IMG/VR virus record: IMGVR_UViG_3300042905_001626 | Location: 1-50,243 of that record | Direction: 5' to 3' (one strand) | Length of the DNA stretch: 50,243 nucleotides | Source: a virus | Lineage: Duplodnaviria > Caudoviricetes | In this document: piece after piece, positions 1-8,454 of the stretch | Position numbering within the stretch: the first letter of the stretch is position 1 | How the letters are laid out: every line of letters starts with the position of its first letter | The notes under the pieces: model-generated | What the model saw: only the letters and a program-made list of their open reading frames with translations | The model's database searches: none | What the model was told of the DNA's origin: nothing | Position numbers and translations under genes: made by a program

Positions 1-1
1 T

Positions 2-244
2 CGTGGTCTGGTAAAGATGTCCCCAAGCATACGAACCGCACTGCCCCGACGCATTGCCGCTGTGACAAGCTGGGCCTACAACTGTGGCCTCGGAAACTAC
101 CGCATCAGTACGTTTAAAAAGCGTATTGACGCGGGGGATTGGAACGGCGCAGCCGATGAATGCCTTAAATGGAATAAGGCTGCTGGCAGAGTCCTTCCTG
201 GTCTCACGCGACGACGCGCTGCTGAGGCGGCGTTGATGAGGTAG
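2..244 (+). CDS. Endolysin (phage lysozyme, GH24-like), C-terminal part; the N-terminal part is at the window end
   Basis: Frame open from base 2 (RGLVKMSPS...). AVTSWAYNCGLGNY...W.KAAGRVLPGLTRRRAAE is the typical C-terminus of T4/P21-type lysozymes. Confidence 0.9.
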   Translation, partial: RGLVKMSPSIRTALPRRIAAVTSWAYNCGLGNYRISTFKKRIDAGDWNGAADECLKWNKAAGRVLPGLTRRRAAEAALMR

Positions 245-249
245 GCACG

Positions 250-474
250 CTAAAGCGCTCTTGCTTCCTTAAACAACTCCATCCGCTCGCGTGACGCACG
301 CAGCGCGGTGTAGCGCTGGTGCAGGCGCTCCAAGATCGAGATGCGCCGAGCGCCGACACGCTCTTGATTGAGCAGGTCAAGCACCTGGTCCTCAGACATC
401 AGCGCCAGTTCTTTGTTGAGTTTTCGCCAATTTAACTGCAATTTTGTTCTCCAGTTCCGTAATCTGTTTCCCAA
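250..474 (-). CDS. Hypothetical phage protein
   Basis: ORF in a tightly packed leftward operon; start uncertain. Confidence 0.55.
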   Translation of the reverse strand: MGNRLRNWRTKLQLNWRKLNKELALMSEDQVLDLLNQERVGARRISILERLHQRYTALRASRERMELFKEARAL

Positions 475-580
475 CGCGTGTGGCTGCGCGAGTGTGTTGA
501 CGCACAGCCTTCTCCCATTGATGGCGCTCGGCCTTAGCTGCTTTAAGTTTAGCCTGCCATAACTTAAGTCGGGAGTTCAT
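392..580 (-). CDS. Hypothetical coiled-coil protein
   Basis: ORF coupled to neighbours; K/A/E-rich helical composition. Confidence 0.55.
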   Translation of the reverse strand: MNSRLKLWQAKLKAAKAERHQWEKAVRQHTRAATRVGKQITELENKIAVKLAKTQQRTGADV

Positions 581-761
581 AACGATCCTTGATAACGCGC
601 ATGATGTCCTTGGGCGTCATATTAGGTATGGCAGCGATCAAAAAGCAATCCGTCGCTACTTGTTGCGCGAATTGTCGCATCTCTTTGACGGTCATCACAG
701 CGATTGGCAATTGCTCAGTCGCCGCGCTGCGTATCATGCCGATTAGCTCATCATCGGTCAT
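564..761 (-). CDS. Hypothetical protein
   Basis: ATGA overlap with the upstream ORF at 758-761. Confidence 0.65.
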   Translation of the reverse strand: MTDDELIGMIRSAATEQLPIAVMTVKEMRQFAQQVATDCFLIAAIPNMTPKDIMRVIKDRYELPT

Positions 762-1096
762 GGCCTGGCGCCTAAGTTAAATGGGTTGTGGTACTGAAAC
801 TTAGGTGCTTTGGTCTTCTTTATCTTGTCTTTTCTTTCTGTGACGTAGTAGCCGTATGCCCACCCTAACTTCTTACAGATAGACGATTGACGCAGCATCA
901 GTTCTCTTTCGATGATTCCTTGTTCTAGTAACGGCATCAGTGAGTTCGAGACCGACTTGGTAGTGACTCCGAGTTTCCCTGCTAGTTCCTTGAGGGTCAC
1001 CGGAAACGTTCTAGTCTGCATGTATTCAAGACACGCTTGCCCTCTATCTTTCTTGGCTTGCACTCGTAATTTGTGAATACTCATCGTTGCACTCAT
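758..1096 (-). CDS. Winged-HTH DNA-binding protein
   Basis: VTLKELAGKLGVTTKSVSNSLMPLLEQGIIER HTH/wing pattern. Confidence 0.7.
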   Translation of the reverse strand: MSATMSIHKLRVQAKKDRGQACLEYMQTRTFPVTLKELAGKLGVTTKSVSNSLMPLLEQGIIERELMLRQSSICKKLGWAYGYYVTERKDKIKKTKAPKFQYHNPFNLGARP

Positions 1097-1151
1097 TCAT
1101 CCCTCCATGTACCGTCTTTAAATATAAAACGTGTAAACAATAACTTTTGTA

Positions 1152-1388
1152 TCAGGGTTCACGGGTTTTTCTCTCCATGAGTAGTTGTTTAATGTGTTCT
1201 GGAACTTTTGGTAACGGTGCCCAAGCCACGGCCCAGTCAGCCCACGTGCCAACGATGCACACACCGCCGGGGTTTAGTAACAACATCTTCACACCGATGG
1301 GCGGTGGGTCTTCTTCTGGCGTGCGCCAAAACGCGTTACCAGATAAATAAGAGGTGGCTTTCTGGAACATGTTGTGATCGCCACTCAT
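1152..1388 (-). CDS. Hypothetical protein (DUF551-like W...P...W.PLP pattern)
   Basis: FWRTPEEDPPP...VAWAPLPKVP; shares N-terminus MSGDHNM.QK..SYL with 3719-4150. Confidence 0.65.
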   Translation of the reverse strand: MSGDHNMFQKATSYLSGNAFWRTPEEDPPPIGVKMLLLNPGGVCIVGTWADWAVAWAPLPKVPEHIKQLLMERKTREP

Positions 1389-1585
1389 AGCTCACTCCTT
1401 GCTCTTATAGCTTCCGCACACATTCCTGCAAGACCTTTGGTGTAATACTTTTGAAAAACTTCTTGCCGCTCTTCACACACCTTCGCACACGCCTCACGCT
1501 CTTCTTGTCTAATCAACTCGGCAAAGTGCTCGATGTCACCGTGCAGGGTCAATCCGTTATCTTCTATTAACTTAAATACGTTCAT
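1385..1585 (-). CDS. Small 'EREACAKVC...AIRAR' family protein
   Basis: HFAELIRQEEREACAKVCEE...CAEAIRARS; paralogous to neighbours. Confidence 0.75.
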   Translation of the reverse strand: MNVFKLIEDNGLTLHGDIEHFAELIRQEEREACAKVCEERQEVFQKYYTKGLAGMCAEAIRARSEL

Positions 1586-1785
1586 TGCTCACCCCTTGCT
1601 CTGTTAATCGGTGTCGGCGAAGCAATCAGTTCACGCAGTGCGTCCATCGTTTTGTAGCGCGGATTGGCGCATTGATCAGTAGCCATTCGGCTAATCGTAG
1701 GTGTGCCGACGCCGACGTATTGGGCAATCCCTCTACGACTCCAGCCGATCATTTCAAGCGTTGCGATCATGTCTGAGGGTTTCAT
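1582..1785 (-). CDS. Cro/XRE-like HTH protein carrying the RARGEQ junction tail
   Basis: WSRRGIAQYVGVGTPTISRMAT...NPRYKTMDAL HTH pattern. Confidence 0.7.
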   Translation of the reverse strand: MKPSDMIATLEMIGWSRRGIAQYVGVGTPTISRMATDQCANPRYKTMDALRELIASPTPINRARGEQ

Positions 1786-2093
1786 TGCTCACCCCTTGCT
1801 CGGATTGCTTGCGCGGCCACCTTTGTAATGTCTGACGCATATTCAGGATGTACAGCAAGCACATCACAAACCTTCGCACACGCCTCACGCTCTGCTGCTG
1901 CACCACGCGCCTCTGCTCGCTTGATGATGTGCTTTGATTCGTTGGTGATGCGGTCAGCCTCGGCTTCCTGAGCCATACGAAAGAAGTGTTCAAGCGAGGC
2001 CACAGAGAACTGCACATCGTGCGGTCCGATCGGGTACTTCGGCGCATACGCTCCAGCCTCCTTCGCCATCTTGATAATGTCGTCTCGTGTCAT
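1782..2093 (-). CDS. Small 'EREACAKVC...AIRAR' family protein
   Basis: MTRDDIIKMAKEAG...AAAEREACAKVCD...AIRARGEQ. Confidence 0.8.
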   Translation of the reverse strand: MTRDDIIKMAKEAGAYAPKYPIGPHDVQFSVASLEHFFRMAQEAEADRITNESKHIIKRAEARGAAAEREACAKVCDVLAVHPEYASDITKVAAQAIRARGEQ

Positions 2094-2350
2094 TGCTCAC
2101 CCCTTGCTCTGATGGCTATTGCACATGCTTGCGTCCAGGCCATTTCGTGATGGTCAACCTTGCCTGTCTTGTATTCAGCGTCTACTTTCTCATCACACAC
2201 CTTCGCACACGCCTCACGCTCAGCAGCAGCAACGCGGCTGTAGAAGTCTGTTATTTCGCTGATCCCCCAACGTGCTGGCTCGGTATAGTTTTCACCTGCT
2301 CTTATTAGTCCGGCTTCTTGTGCCAGTTTGATAATTTCTTCTTTGTTCAT
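2090..2350 (-). CDS. Small 'EREACAKVC...AIRAR' family protein
   Basis: MNKEEIIKLAQEAG...AAAEREACAKVCD...AIRARGEQ. Confidence 0.8.
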   Translation of the reverse strand: MNKEEIIKLAQEAGLIRAGENYTEPARWGISEITDFYSRVAAAEREACAKVCDEKVDAEYKTGKVDHHEMAWTQACAIAIRARGEQ

Positions 2351-2353
2351 ATG

Positions 2354-2596
2354 TCACCTCTGCGGATTAAAGCCAAGCCGACGCATTCCTAACTCGATGA
2401 GCATTGCGGCATCTTCAAGGCGGTTCTGACTACTGCTCATGCCGGTCTGCCATTCGCCACCTACGCGTTTGCCGACAATAGCCACCGTGACAATCTCTCC
2501 AGATTTGGCGTCTTCCAGCCACTGCTCAAGCATGGTTACGGCCTCAGAGTTGTCATGGGTTGTAACTTTGATAAACGGTTTGATGTTGTTTGTCAT
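2354..2596 (-). CDS. Hypothetical protein
   Basis: ATGA-coupled ORF; LEQWLEDAKSGEIVTVAIVG pattern. Confidence 0.7.
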   Translation of the reverse strand: MTNNIKPFIKVTTHDNSEAVTMLEQWLEDAKSGEIVTVAIVGKRVGGEWQTGMSSSQNRLEDAAMLIELGMRRLGFNPQR

Positions 2597-2883
2597 GTGT
2601 TTCCCCTTGCTCGTATGGCTGCGTCTACTTCTGCTTCAGACAAAATGTCCCATCGTTTCTTTTGGTGATTCTGGCAAATTCGGCGATACAGTTTGTCGTC
2701 AGACTTCGCTATATCGTCTGCTGTATCGATGTCGTCCAATAACATCCAAAGTCGCAATGATTTCTCACGTTCAGCAGCGGCAACAAGTGCGGCGAAGCGT
2801 GTTACAGAACCTAATGGCTTTTCGTCAGATCCGTAAGCCAATCCAGCCTCTCGTGCCATGCGGATGATGTCTTCTATGTTCAT
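2593..2883 (-). CDS. Small 'AIRAR' family protein (start re-called to MNIEDIIRMAREAG)
   Basis: ATG at 2883 overlaps the stop of 2880-3149; paralog N-terminal motif; ends AIRARGNT. Confidence 0.75.
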   Translation of the reverse strand: MNIEDIIRMAREAGLAYGSDEKPLGSVTRFAALVAAAEREKSLRLWMLLDDIDTADDIAKSDDKLYRRICQNHQKKRWDILSEAEVDAAIRARGNT

Positions 2884-3149
2884 GTGTTTCCCCTTGCTCG
2901 TATGGCGGTGGCGCACTGTCTTGCACCGCTTGCCATTCCTTGATCTTCTGGATATGCAAACTTGTCCCAAAGTTCTTCGGCTCGTGATTCAACTTCTTCA
3001 CACGCCTCCGCACACGCCCTACGCTCGGCGGCAGCAACCAAGGCAGCGAAGCGTTCAAGTTGAACATTTCCCGTGTAGCAAGTCCCCCATCGCGGATCAA
3101 ACTCAATACCTACCTCCCGCGCCATGCGGATTATTTCTTCTCTATCCAT
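2880..3149 (-). CDS. Small 'AIRAR' family protein
   Basis: MDREEIIRMAREVG...LERFAALVAAAERRACAEAC...AIRARGNT. Confidence 0.8.
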   Translation of the reverse strand: MDREEIIRMAREVGIEFDPRWGTCYTGNVQLERFAALVAAAERRACAEACEEVESRAEELWDKFAYPEDQGMASGARQCATAIRARGNT

Positions 3150-3406
3150 GATTCTTCTCCTTCTTTGTTACTCCATTCTTGCCACCTTGCTGCGATGAGA
3201 TCTAATAAATGTTTAAGCAGCGATTGATCTGAATCAGATAAATCATCTCTACCTGCGTACTCAAACAGCAAGTTCCATATAGCTTCGCGCTCATGCTCGG
3301 CAACAAGATATGCAAAGTATTCAAGCTGATAAAAAGCATGAACAACCCCGTTGGAATCAGCAAGCCCAGCCTCCCGCGCCATCTTGATAATGTCGTCTGG
3401 TGTCAT
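3131..3406 (-). CDS. Small 'IIKMAREAG' family protein with divergent C-terminus
   Basis: MTPDDIIKMAREAG...FAYLVAEHEREA. Confidence 0.75.
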   Translation of the reverse strand: MTPDDIIKMAREAGLADSNGVVHAFYQLEYFAYLVAEHEREAIWNLLFEYAGRDDLSDSDQSLLKHLLDLIAARWQEWSNKEGEESWIEKK

Positions 3407-3546
3407 GTGTTCTTCTCCTTCAATCGGGCTTCGATGGCTTGAATACGATCAAGAAGTCCCAGCAAAAGCATCGCCACATCATCGCGGTCAAGCGGCCCTG
3501 TGTCGCAAAGCAATTGGCGAATGTCTCGGTCGAGTTGATCCGTCAT
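3403..3546 (-). CDS. Small hypothetical protein ending LKEKNT
   Basis: ATG 3546 preceded by GGAGGAG, ATGA-coupled; ends in a junction repeat. Confidence 0.55.
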   Translation of the reverse strand: MTDQLDRDIRQLLCDTGPLDRDDVAMLLLGLLDRIQAIEARLKEKNT

Positions 3547-3722
3547 GCTCCTCCTCCGTTCTTTTCGCGCAGCAAAGTATCGATGGCTTGGTAAGTCTTT
3601 TCCCATACATGCAATCGGCGCAGTTCGTCGGCGGCTTCTCCGCATAGACCCGTGTGGCTGAATTGCACGTCAAGTTCTTCTAGCGCATCAGCCAGCACTA
3701 AGGCTTTGGGTTGTGGGTTCAT
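3543..3722 (-). CDS. Small hypothetical protein (59 aa, below the ORF-track cutoff)
   Basis: Read manually: MNPQPKALVLADALEE...EAADELRRLH...LLREKNGGGA; ATGA-coupled at both ends. Confidence 0.65.
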   Translation of the reverse strand: MNPQPKALVLADALEELDVQFSHTGLCGEAADELRRLHVWEKTYQAIDTLLREKNGGGA

Positions 3723-4150
3723 GTGTTCTTCTCCTTCAAGGCTTGTTCTACAGCTCTGGCAAACATTTCAAGGGTCCACGTCATGTTGTGATAATTATCT
3801 TTTATGTTGTCGTGTTCCTCATACGTAAGCCCAACCCATTGCTTTGGTGGTGCGGTGTAGAGAGGCACTGTGTGGTGCAGGTCAGGACCTGTCCGCACTT
3901 TCATGTCAAAGTTTTGCAGGTCGAATGAATTGGCCCACGCCACTGGCTCTTTCTCATGCTTTGGTGCGTACACCAGCAAATGCTGCCAAACACGTGGATC
4001 AACAGTGTCAGCCTCAGACCCCAATCGATCAACGCAATCCATTAATTCATCGGTCAATGAACGTGCTTGTTTGCAGCAGTGCCCACACCTTGGGCATTCA
4101 AAATCTAAGTAGGAATGTGGTTTCTGGTACATGTTGTGATCGCCGCTCAT
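3719..4150 (-). CDS. Mosaic hypothetical protein with CxxCxxC and EPVAW...PLY modules
   Basis: MSGDHNMYQK...CPRCGHCC...EPVAW...VPLYTAPPKQWVGLT...FARAVEQALKEKNT. Confidence 0.7.
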   Translation of the reverse strand: MSGDHNMYQKPHSYLDFECPRCGHCCKQARSLTDELMDCVDRLGSEADTVDPRVWQHLLVYAPKHEKEPVAWANSFDLQNFDMKVRTGPDLHHTVPLYTAPPKQWVGLTYEEHDNIKDNYHNMTWTLEMFARAVEQALKEKNT

Positions 4151-4219
4151 GCTGCGTCTCCTCAAGTTCCTCGTGATAAACAAGACGTGTGCCGCGCTTT
4201 AAGACCTTTAGTGCTAGTT

Positions 4220-4474
4220 CTAAGCTTGGTCGTTGTCCAGTAGTTTCCATTCCTCACCTCCCCTCACAATCTCCTTGGCGTGTGCATACCCTGCATCCCA
4301 TCCTGACCTGAATGCTTGGCCATGAGATGAACGGGTGAACGTGAATCGATCAAATGAATAGCCTTCCCCTACAGAAGACTTAGCCCACTTAACCCAATTA
4401 TCAAAAGCTGGATGGTTTTCGGCAGGGCATTTCTTTCCGATGCGGCATTCACCGTGGCATGGTGGGCAGCTCAT
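4220..4474 (-). CDS. Hypothetical protein with Cys-rich N-terminus
   Basis: MSCPPCHGECRIGKKCPA; in operon. Confidence 0.6.
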   Translation of the reverse strand: MSCPPCHGECRIGKKCPAENHPAFDNWVKWAKSSVGEGYSFDRFTFTRSSHGQAFRSGWDAGYAHAKEIVRGGEEWKLLDNDQA

Positions 4475-4676
4475 TCTTCCAATCTCCTATGATCTGATCA
4501 GGGTCGTTGGTACTTACCATGTGGTTGATTGCGTTGTAAGCCATCTTCATTTCAGCCGCAGCCAGCAGGCACTTCTCCATGGCTTCCATGTTCTTGTTGT
4601 TCTGACAATCCTCGTAGATTTCTCGTATAAGTTTCGTAGTGTTTAGTAAATGGATGGAGTAATCAATCATGGGCAA
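4449..4676 (-). CDS. Hypothetical protein
   Basis: ORF in a packed operon. Confidence 0.6.
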   Translation of the reverse strand: MPMIDYSIHLLNTTKLIREIYEDCQNNKNMEAMEKCLLAAAEMKMAYNAINHMVSTNDPDQIIGDWKNELPTMPR

Positions 4677-4960
4677 ACCTTCAAATAGTCTTTGATATCA
4701 CGGACGATCATATGGCCAAGCGTCTCGCCACCAGGAAATGTAATTTGACCATGGCGGGACTTGTAAACAATCTCAACAGCCTTCTCCATGCCAAGCCTGA
4801 ACCCTTCATCAAACTCCATGGGTCGATCATTCATGGTGTCGATTGCACGCCTGACGTAGTCCGATGCACTCCTTGTGGCGGACATGGCACGAAGCTTAGC
4901 AATCTGATCCTCACGCAAGTAAACCTGATACGGAATCAGTTTTCGTCGGTAGCTTTCCAT
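4667..4960 (-). CDS. Ribbon-helix-helix-like DNA-binding protein
   Basis: YQVYLREDQIAKLRAMS...SASDYVRRAID pattern. Confidence 0.55.
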   Translation of the reverse strand: MESYRRKLIPYQVYLREDQIAKLRAMSATRSASDYVRRAIDTMNDRPMEFDEGFRLGMEKAVEIVYKSRHGQITFPGGETLGHMIVRDIKDYLKVCP

Positions 4961-5355
4961 GTCTCGTATTCCTTGCGTAGTTCAATGAGGGTGTGCTGTG
5001 CTTCTTGGTTAGTCGCTAGCTCACTGCGTGAATCAATATTGCAAGCTTCACAAATGGACCGGGCTGCATCTTCTTCTGATACACCAAAGCACCAACCCAT
5101 GTGGACGCACCAGCGTTGAAACTCTGGATCTTTAGCCAGTATTCCGGCAGTCTGGATAAATGAATTGACCTTGGGTCTGACATAAGGCTGCTCATCTTCA
5201 CCAATACGAACCATGGCCACGGCATACCGAGCACCAACAAAATCCCTGACCAAGTCCTGGCTCAGATCATCTGGATGAATAGCAAGCGTAAGAAGAAACC
5301 CGTCCTTGTTTTGACGCAAGGACACCTTAACGCATTCAAAGTTAATGGGATCCAC
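4936..5355 (-). CDS. Conserved phage hypothetical protein
   Basis: 139-aa ORF overlapping neighbours in the recombination operon. Confidence 0.7.
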   Translation of the reverse strand: MDPINFECVKVSLRQNKDGFLLTLAIHPDDLSQDLVRDFVGARYAVAMVRIGEDEQPYVRPKVNSFIQTAGILAKDPEFQRWCVHMGWCFGVSEEDAARSICEACNIDSRSELATNQEAQHTLIELRKEYETWKATDEN

Positions 5356-5800
5356 CGAATAATCTCCTAAAGAAACTGCCTATGGATTCAAGCCATGTCT
5401 GCTTGGGTGGTGGAGAAAACATAATTGCACCGGGCTTCACATCAACAGGCGCACCCTCAATTGTTGCAATACCTGCTGGCCTTGGTCGCAACGTCCTGGC
5501 AATTACCCACATGGGGCGGCGGAACTGAGCAGCAATGTCTGCATCTTTAACACCTTTAAGTCCCATGGCCATGATGGCGTTTCCCTCTGACATGCTTGGG
5601 AAACCTCTAGCCCATCCGCCGTTGATCGGTGAGAACCTATCGGCGCAATACTTGTAGGCTGTCTTCTCAGATATCTTGAGATTCTCTGCCATCTCGGAAG
5701 GGTGTAACCCCTCCCAATACAGTTGAACCAATCGAGCCTTATCTTCAGAAGACAGAAAGTAAGAAGACCGTTTTGTGCGGCGGCGACGTTTCTTTTGCAT
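5342..5800 (-). CDS. HTH-containing protein (start re-called to MQKKRRRR)
   Basis: GAGGT RBS upstream of ATG 5800; LYWEGLHPSEMAENLKISEKTAYKY HTH. Confidence 0.65.
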   Translation of the reverse strand: MQKKRRRRTKRSSYFLSSEDKARLVQLYWEGLHPSEMAENLKISEKTAYKYCADRFSPINGGWARGFPSMSEGNAIMAMGLKGVKDADIAAQFRRPMWVIARTLRPRPAGIATIEGAPVDVKPGAIMFSPPPKQTWLESIGSFFRRLFGGSH

Positions 5801-5807
5801 GGCTACC

Positions 5808-6089
5808 TCAGAACGGGATCGCGTCATCGTCAATAGGCTTGGGCGCCGGACGCTGTTCTTCATTACGCTCCCATGCCTGCTTGAGCTTGGCGCTAAAGTA
5901 TTCACCGTACTGACCTTGCTTAGACCACAAGGCAATATTTATTTTTACTTCTTCACCGCTCTTTGCCTTGCGTGATATGTACGCACAGAGTTCTGCTGAT
6001 AGCTCGATGTCGCCACGAAAGTCTGGCGCATTCTCTGTCTTTACCCTTGGCGTAAACAAGGCGCCTGAGTCGTAGTACTTTTTATTCAC
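5808..6089 (-). CDS. Putative single-stranded DNA-binding protein
   Basis: APDFRGDI...IALW...YFS core plus acidic SSB-like tail DDDAIPF; adjacent to ERF. Confidence 0.7.
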   Translation of the reverse strand: MNKKYYDSGALFTPRVKTENAPDFRGDIELSAELCAYISRKAKSGEEVKINIALWSKQGQYGEYFSAKLKQAWERNEEQRPAPKPIDDDAIPF

Positions 6090-6748
6090 TTTGCTGCTCC
6101 TTCTATTTCGTCCTTACGGTTCTTGAATGCGGCTAACAATTCAATGTATTTGTCAGGCGCGTGCTGCTCGATACGCTTTGCGTTCTCGGCGTTGTCCTTC
6201 CAGTACTGGTTCAAGCTTTTTACAGTAGTAGATGAAGATAGGAACGTAACGTAATGATCCATAAGGAAATTTACGTTATCGTCATCTATAGGTTTGACCT
6301 GTGGCTTTGGTTCTTCTTGCTTGGGTTTCTCTGGTGGTGCAGAGTTAATTACGCCACGTGGCGTAATTACCTTGGTGGCTGCATTACCGTCATCGTCCTC
6401 TGGTGCAATGCCGCAAGCCGCCATAAGGCTGTACCGACGTGCATACGTTAATGCAGATCCATAACCTTGTGGGTCATGTTTAGCAGCAGGCACATGAAGC
6501 TTGCCGGCCGATAACATTTCTCCAGAGTCATGGACAAAGACAGTCTCAACTGTCACGCCATCTTGACACTCATGCGTCATCTGCATTAATGCGATGCCAC
6601 TTTCATTCAGTGAATCAATGACCGCCTCCACACAGGCGCTGAGATCTGCGTAGCGCGAACGGAAGTGTGGGTTGCTACTGGTCTTTAGTGCGGGGCTGAA
6701 ACCCTTCTGTGCCTTAACTAAGGCTGCTGCTATCTTCTGCATTTGCAT
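6086..6748 (-). CDS. erf: ERF-superfamily single-strand annealing recombinase
   Basis: NPHFRSRYADL...PQGYGSALTYARRYSLMAACGIAPEDDDGNAA signature. Confidence 0.92.
   Translation of the reverse strand: MQMQKIAAALVKAQKGFSPALKTSSNPHFRSRYADLSACVEAVIDSLNESGIALMQMTHECQDGVTVETVFVHDSGEMLSAGKLHVPAAKHDPQGYGSALTYARRYSLMAACGIAPEDDDGNAATKVITPRGVINSAPPEKPKQEEPKPQVKPIDDDNVNFLMDHYVTFLSSSTTVKSLNQYWKDNAENAKRIEQHAPDKYIELLAAFKNRKDEIEGAAK
6346..6369. repeat. 24-bp palindrome TAATTACGCCACGTGGCGTAATTA, copy 1 (in erf)
   Basis: Perfect palindrome. Confidence 0.9.
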
Positions 6749-7583
6749 CTCCTAATTGCTTACCAAAATCACAGTACTGCCGTACATCACAAAAACTTAC
6801 ACAGCGCGTATTCACTCCAGGCCGGTGAATGATTTCCAGCCCCGGCTTCAGTGCTGCATCTGCATCTTCTTTTAGATAAAAGATCTTCGTTGCACGCTTG
6901 GCGCCCGCCTTCTGCAAGGCCCATGTCTCAGGCTTTGCCCATCGTTCATCAGGCGTACACAGCGGTGGATCTTCCATGACCGTGGCGGCGTGAAGGGCGA
7001 TGCGTTGCTTGATGAATGCGTCTTGCTCTTCAAACGTCCACAGGGGTACATCAATCTGAACGATAGGTGTCTCTGGGTAATCTTGCTGCCTGCCTACATT
7101 GCGTCGAGCCCAATCCCGCACGATGGCGTTGATCTTCAGTCCTGATACGTCATGGCCATGGGCGCGTACAAGGTAGGCATAAAGGTTAAGCTGGTATTCC
7201 CATTCAATCTTTCCTGACATCACGGCAAAGCTTGATGTGACCTTCCAGTCCTCGATGATCCGGCCATGTGGCGTGACTACTTGGCGGTCGATGGCGCCAG
7301 AGATCTTCCAGCCGTTGATCTCTTTGAAGTACCGCTGCTCTTTGATCACATCATCTTCAGAGTATTTCTCAAGAATGAAATGCACAGCCGTTCCAAAGAG
7401 GGAGAACACCGTGTCGCTGATGTCTTGCTCCATCTCGTCGAAGTGCTTGTGCTTCAGGGCGACGACCCTGGGACTGTCGATCAACTCAGTGACTGATAGC
7501 TTGGCGTCGCCCTTGCTGTAGTTCTTGCCACGTGCAAAGCGCATGAGCACATCAGGCAGGTTGTATTTGTTAGTGATGATCAT
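6714..7583 (-). CDS. PD-(D/E)XK (RecB/Cas4-like) exonuclease
   Basis: FGTAVHFILE...ISGAID...IEDWK...QLNLYAY motifs; C-terminal C..FC.V..YC. Confidence 0.85.
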   Translation of the reverse strand: MIITNKYNLPDVLMRFARGKNYSKGDAKLSVTELIDSPRVVALKHKHFDEMEQDISDTVFSLFGTAVHFILEKYSEDDVIKEQRYFKEINGWKISGAIDRQVVTPHGRIIEDWKVTSSFAVMSGKIEWEYQLNLYAYLVRAHGHDVSGLKINAIVRDWARRNVGRQQDYPETPIVQIDVPLWTFEEQDAFIKQRIALHAATVMEDPPLCTPDERWAKPETWALQKAGAKRATKIFYLKEDADAALKPGLEIIHRPGVNTRCVSFCDVRQYCDFGKQLGDANAEDSSSLS

Positions 7584-7722
7584 GGCTTGGCCTTTTCAAA
7601 CTCCGTAATGACCGACATAAGAACTTGGAGGATCTCTGGCTCAGGCGTCTGAAGGTAACGTTTAATCCAGAAGACCATATCCTCAGCAACCTGAATAGCT
7701 TCGTATAGAGCTTGCTCATCAG

Positions 7723-7932
7723 TCATCGATCCCTCCGCTTCATCATCTCGTCCGCCACAAGGTAGGCGATATCAGCAAAGGCAACCTCTGGTTTCTGGCT
7801 AGGCATCTGGCCCCAGTTGCCTGCGAAGATGCCGGTGATAACCTGGCCTGCGAAGTAATCACGCATGGTCATGCCAGCGGTATTGGGTTCGTGTAGATGT
7901 CCAATGTCATGGGGGAATGCGTACTTTCTCAC
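7723..7932 (-). CDS. Conserved phage hypothetical protein
   Basis: AFP...GMTMRDYFAGQ...AY.VAD.M motif, common in phages. Confidence 0.75.
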   Translation of the reverse strand: MRKYAFPHDIGHLHEPNTAGMTMRDYFAGQVITGIFAGNWGQMPSQKPEVAFADIAYLVADEMMKRRDR

Positions 7933-8153
7933 TTGCGTCTCCCGATATTGAAGTAAGCCTGTAGTGCTTTCACGATCTGAATGAAATCGCCCAGGTTGTT
8001 TGCGTTCTTCAGATGATCAGCATCGATGTCATCCCATAGCTCCTCAAGCTCATCCAGGGTCATGGGCTTTAAGTCATCACGTAATAACTCAAGCTTGGCC
8101 ACAACCGCTTTTAGGGCGGCGATCTGCTGGTCAATGATTTCGTGGGTCAGCAT
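7929..8153 (-). CDS. Hypothetical protein
   Basis: Coupled ORF. Confidence 0.6.
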   Translation of the reverse strand: MLTHEIIDQQIAALKAVVAKLELLRDDLKPMTLDELEELWDDIDADHLKNANNLGDFIQIVKALQAYFNIGRRK

Positions 8154-8154
8154 G

Positions 8155-8454
8155 TCAGTAACCAGTGGGCATACCGGCCCGCACCCACATACCGAATTGA
8201 TAGAAGATGGTCACGAGCGCAACGATTAGGAGTGCGTTCAACGCTCTTCCCCATCGTCCGTACCATGTCCAGCCAGACACTGGGCGATTGAGGTAAATGT
8301 CTTGGACCCAGAGCTGGTCTTGGGTGATGGTCGTTTGCCATGCCGGAGGTGGCTTAAGATAATTCGCTCCGATTCTTGGCCGCTCGGGACGCAGGGTGAC
8401 GTTACCTGCTTTATGGGTAGCAGGGGCTTTTCGTCTTCGGGTGACATAGAGCAT
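8155..8454 (-). CDS. Hypothetical membrane protein
   Basis: C-terminal hydrophobic segment ALNALLIVALVTIFYQFGMW. Confidence 0.55.
   Translation of the reverse strand: MLYVTRRRKAPATHKAGNVTLRPERPRIGANYLKPPPAWQTTITQDQLWVQDIYLNRPVSGWTWYGRWGRALNALLIVALVTIFYQFGMWVRAGMPTGY

Larger units (their letters stand above)
1385..4150 (-). repeat. Gene-junction direct repeats in the small-gene array
   Basis: TCATTGCTCACCCCTTGCTC at 1582, 1782, 2090; TCATGTGTTTCCCCTTGCTCGTATGGC at 2593, 2880; TCATGTGTTCTTCTCCTTCAA at 3403, 3719; ATGTTGTGATCGCC(A/G)CTCAT ending at 1388 and 4150. Confidence 0.9.

Noticed and set aside
6714-7583. Cas4 as part of a CRISPR or TIGR adaptation module
   Set aside because: It sits in an exonuclease-ERF-SSB recombination operon typical of phages; nothing in the sequence links it to the array.
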